Sequence record: OZ035782.1
DNA length: 64,000 bases
Origin: Felixounavirus LF110P2
Reading direction: 5' to 3' (one strand)
The stretch's first letter is position 1. Each line of letters starts with the position of its first letter. The translations under genes were made by a program, and so were the position numbers. Shown here in pieces: positions 63,767-64,000 of the stretch. The notes under the pieces were generated by a model. The model saw only the letters and a program-made list of their open reading frames with translations, was not told the origin of the DNA and did not search any database.

Positions 63767-64000
63767 ATGGCTATTATCAAAAACGTTGTAATTGCTGCAA
63801 AAACTCGTGATGACGCTCGCGTTATGGCTAAAAAGTTATGCGGGAAAGTGGTTGACAACGGAAAACAATCTGCTGTAAGGTGGGGCGTGAAGGCTGATAA
63901 ACAGTTGAAGTTAAAAAATTCACCGATAAACCTTTTTACATGTGTAAACACTATCGGGAAGACAAATGTATACACGAAAAAGGCATACATTAGACGCGTA
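63767..64000 (+). CDS. Hypothetical protein, 5' part only (runs off window end)
   Basis: ATG at 63767 preceded by TTGGAGAAC; open frame to end of window (MAIIKNVVIAAKTRDDARVMAKKL...). Confidence 0.35.
   Translation, partial: MAIIKNVVIAAKTRDDARVMAKKLCGKVVDNGKQSAVRWGVKADKQLKLKNSPINLFTCVNTIGKTNVYTKKAYIRRV

Noticed and set aside
63655-63990. Track ORF of 111 aa on the - strand at the window end
   Set aside because: It overlaps the repeat cluster and polypyrimidine tract and runs antisense to a + strand ORF with a good RBS starting at 63767; the + strand ORF is preferred.

Overview
This window reads as a gene-dense segment of a virulent tailed-phage (myovirus) genome; the gene content and order resemble Felix O1-like (Ounavirinae) phages, though that placement is from recollection and cannot be verified without a search. 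It is AT-rich by inspection, and every call below comes from motifs read in the supplied translations and DNA. Positions 30-22927 (+ strand) hold a complete morphogenesis module: large terminase, portal, S49-type prohead protease with scaffold-like tail, major capsid, sheath, tube, a chaperone pair joined by a -1 frameshift site, tape measure, P2-like baseplate genes and two His-rich tail fibres. Positions 23609-32981 (- strand) hold an early/replication block: thymidylate synthase, DHFR, an HTH protein, small secreted and lipoprotein ORFs, ATP-dependent DNA ligase and family A DNA polymerase. Positions 33239-63419 (+ strand) hold replication and nucleotide metabolism: dNMP kinase-like, primase-helicase, SSB-like, FEN/RNase H-like exonuclease, aerobic NrdAB plus glutaredoxin, anaerobic NrdDG, PRPP synthetase, Nampt/NadV, rIIA/rIIB, an overlapped spanin pair and a macro-domain protein, with several free-standing homing-endonuclease-like genes interspersed. 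No tRNA, CRISPR array, integrase or intron was detected. The most interesting candidates are the Prs+Nampt pair with a nearby macro domain (possible NAD+/ADP-ribose counter-defence), a 410-bp non-coding strand-skewed region with a 13-bp palindromic operator and possible small RNA, an early operon of small secreted/lipoprotein/HTH genes, and a cluster of about 40-bp direct repeats near the window end.
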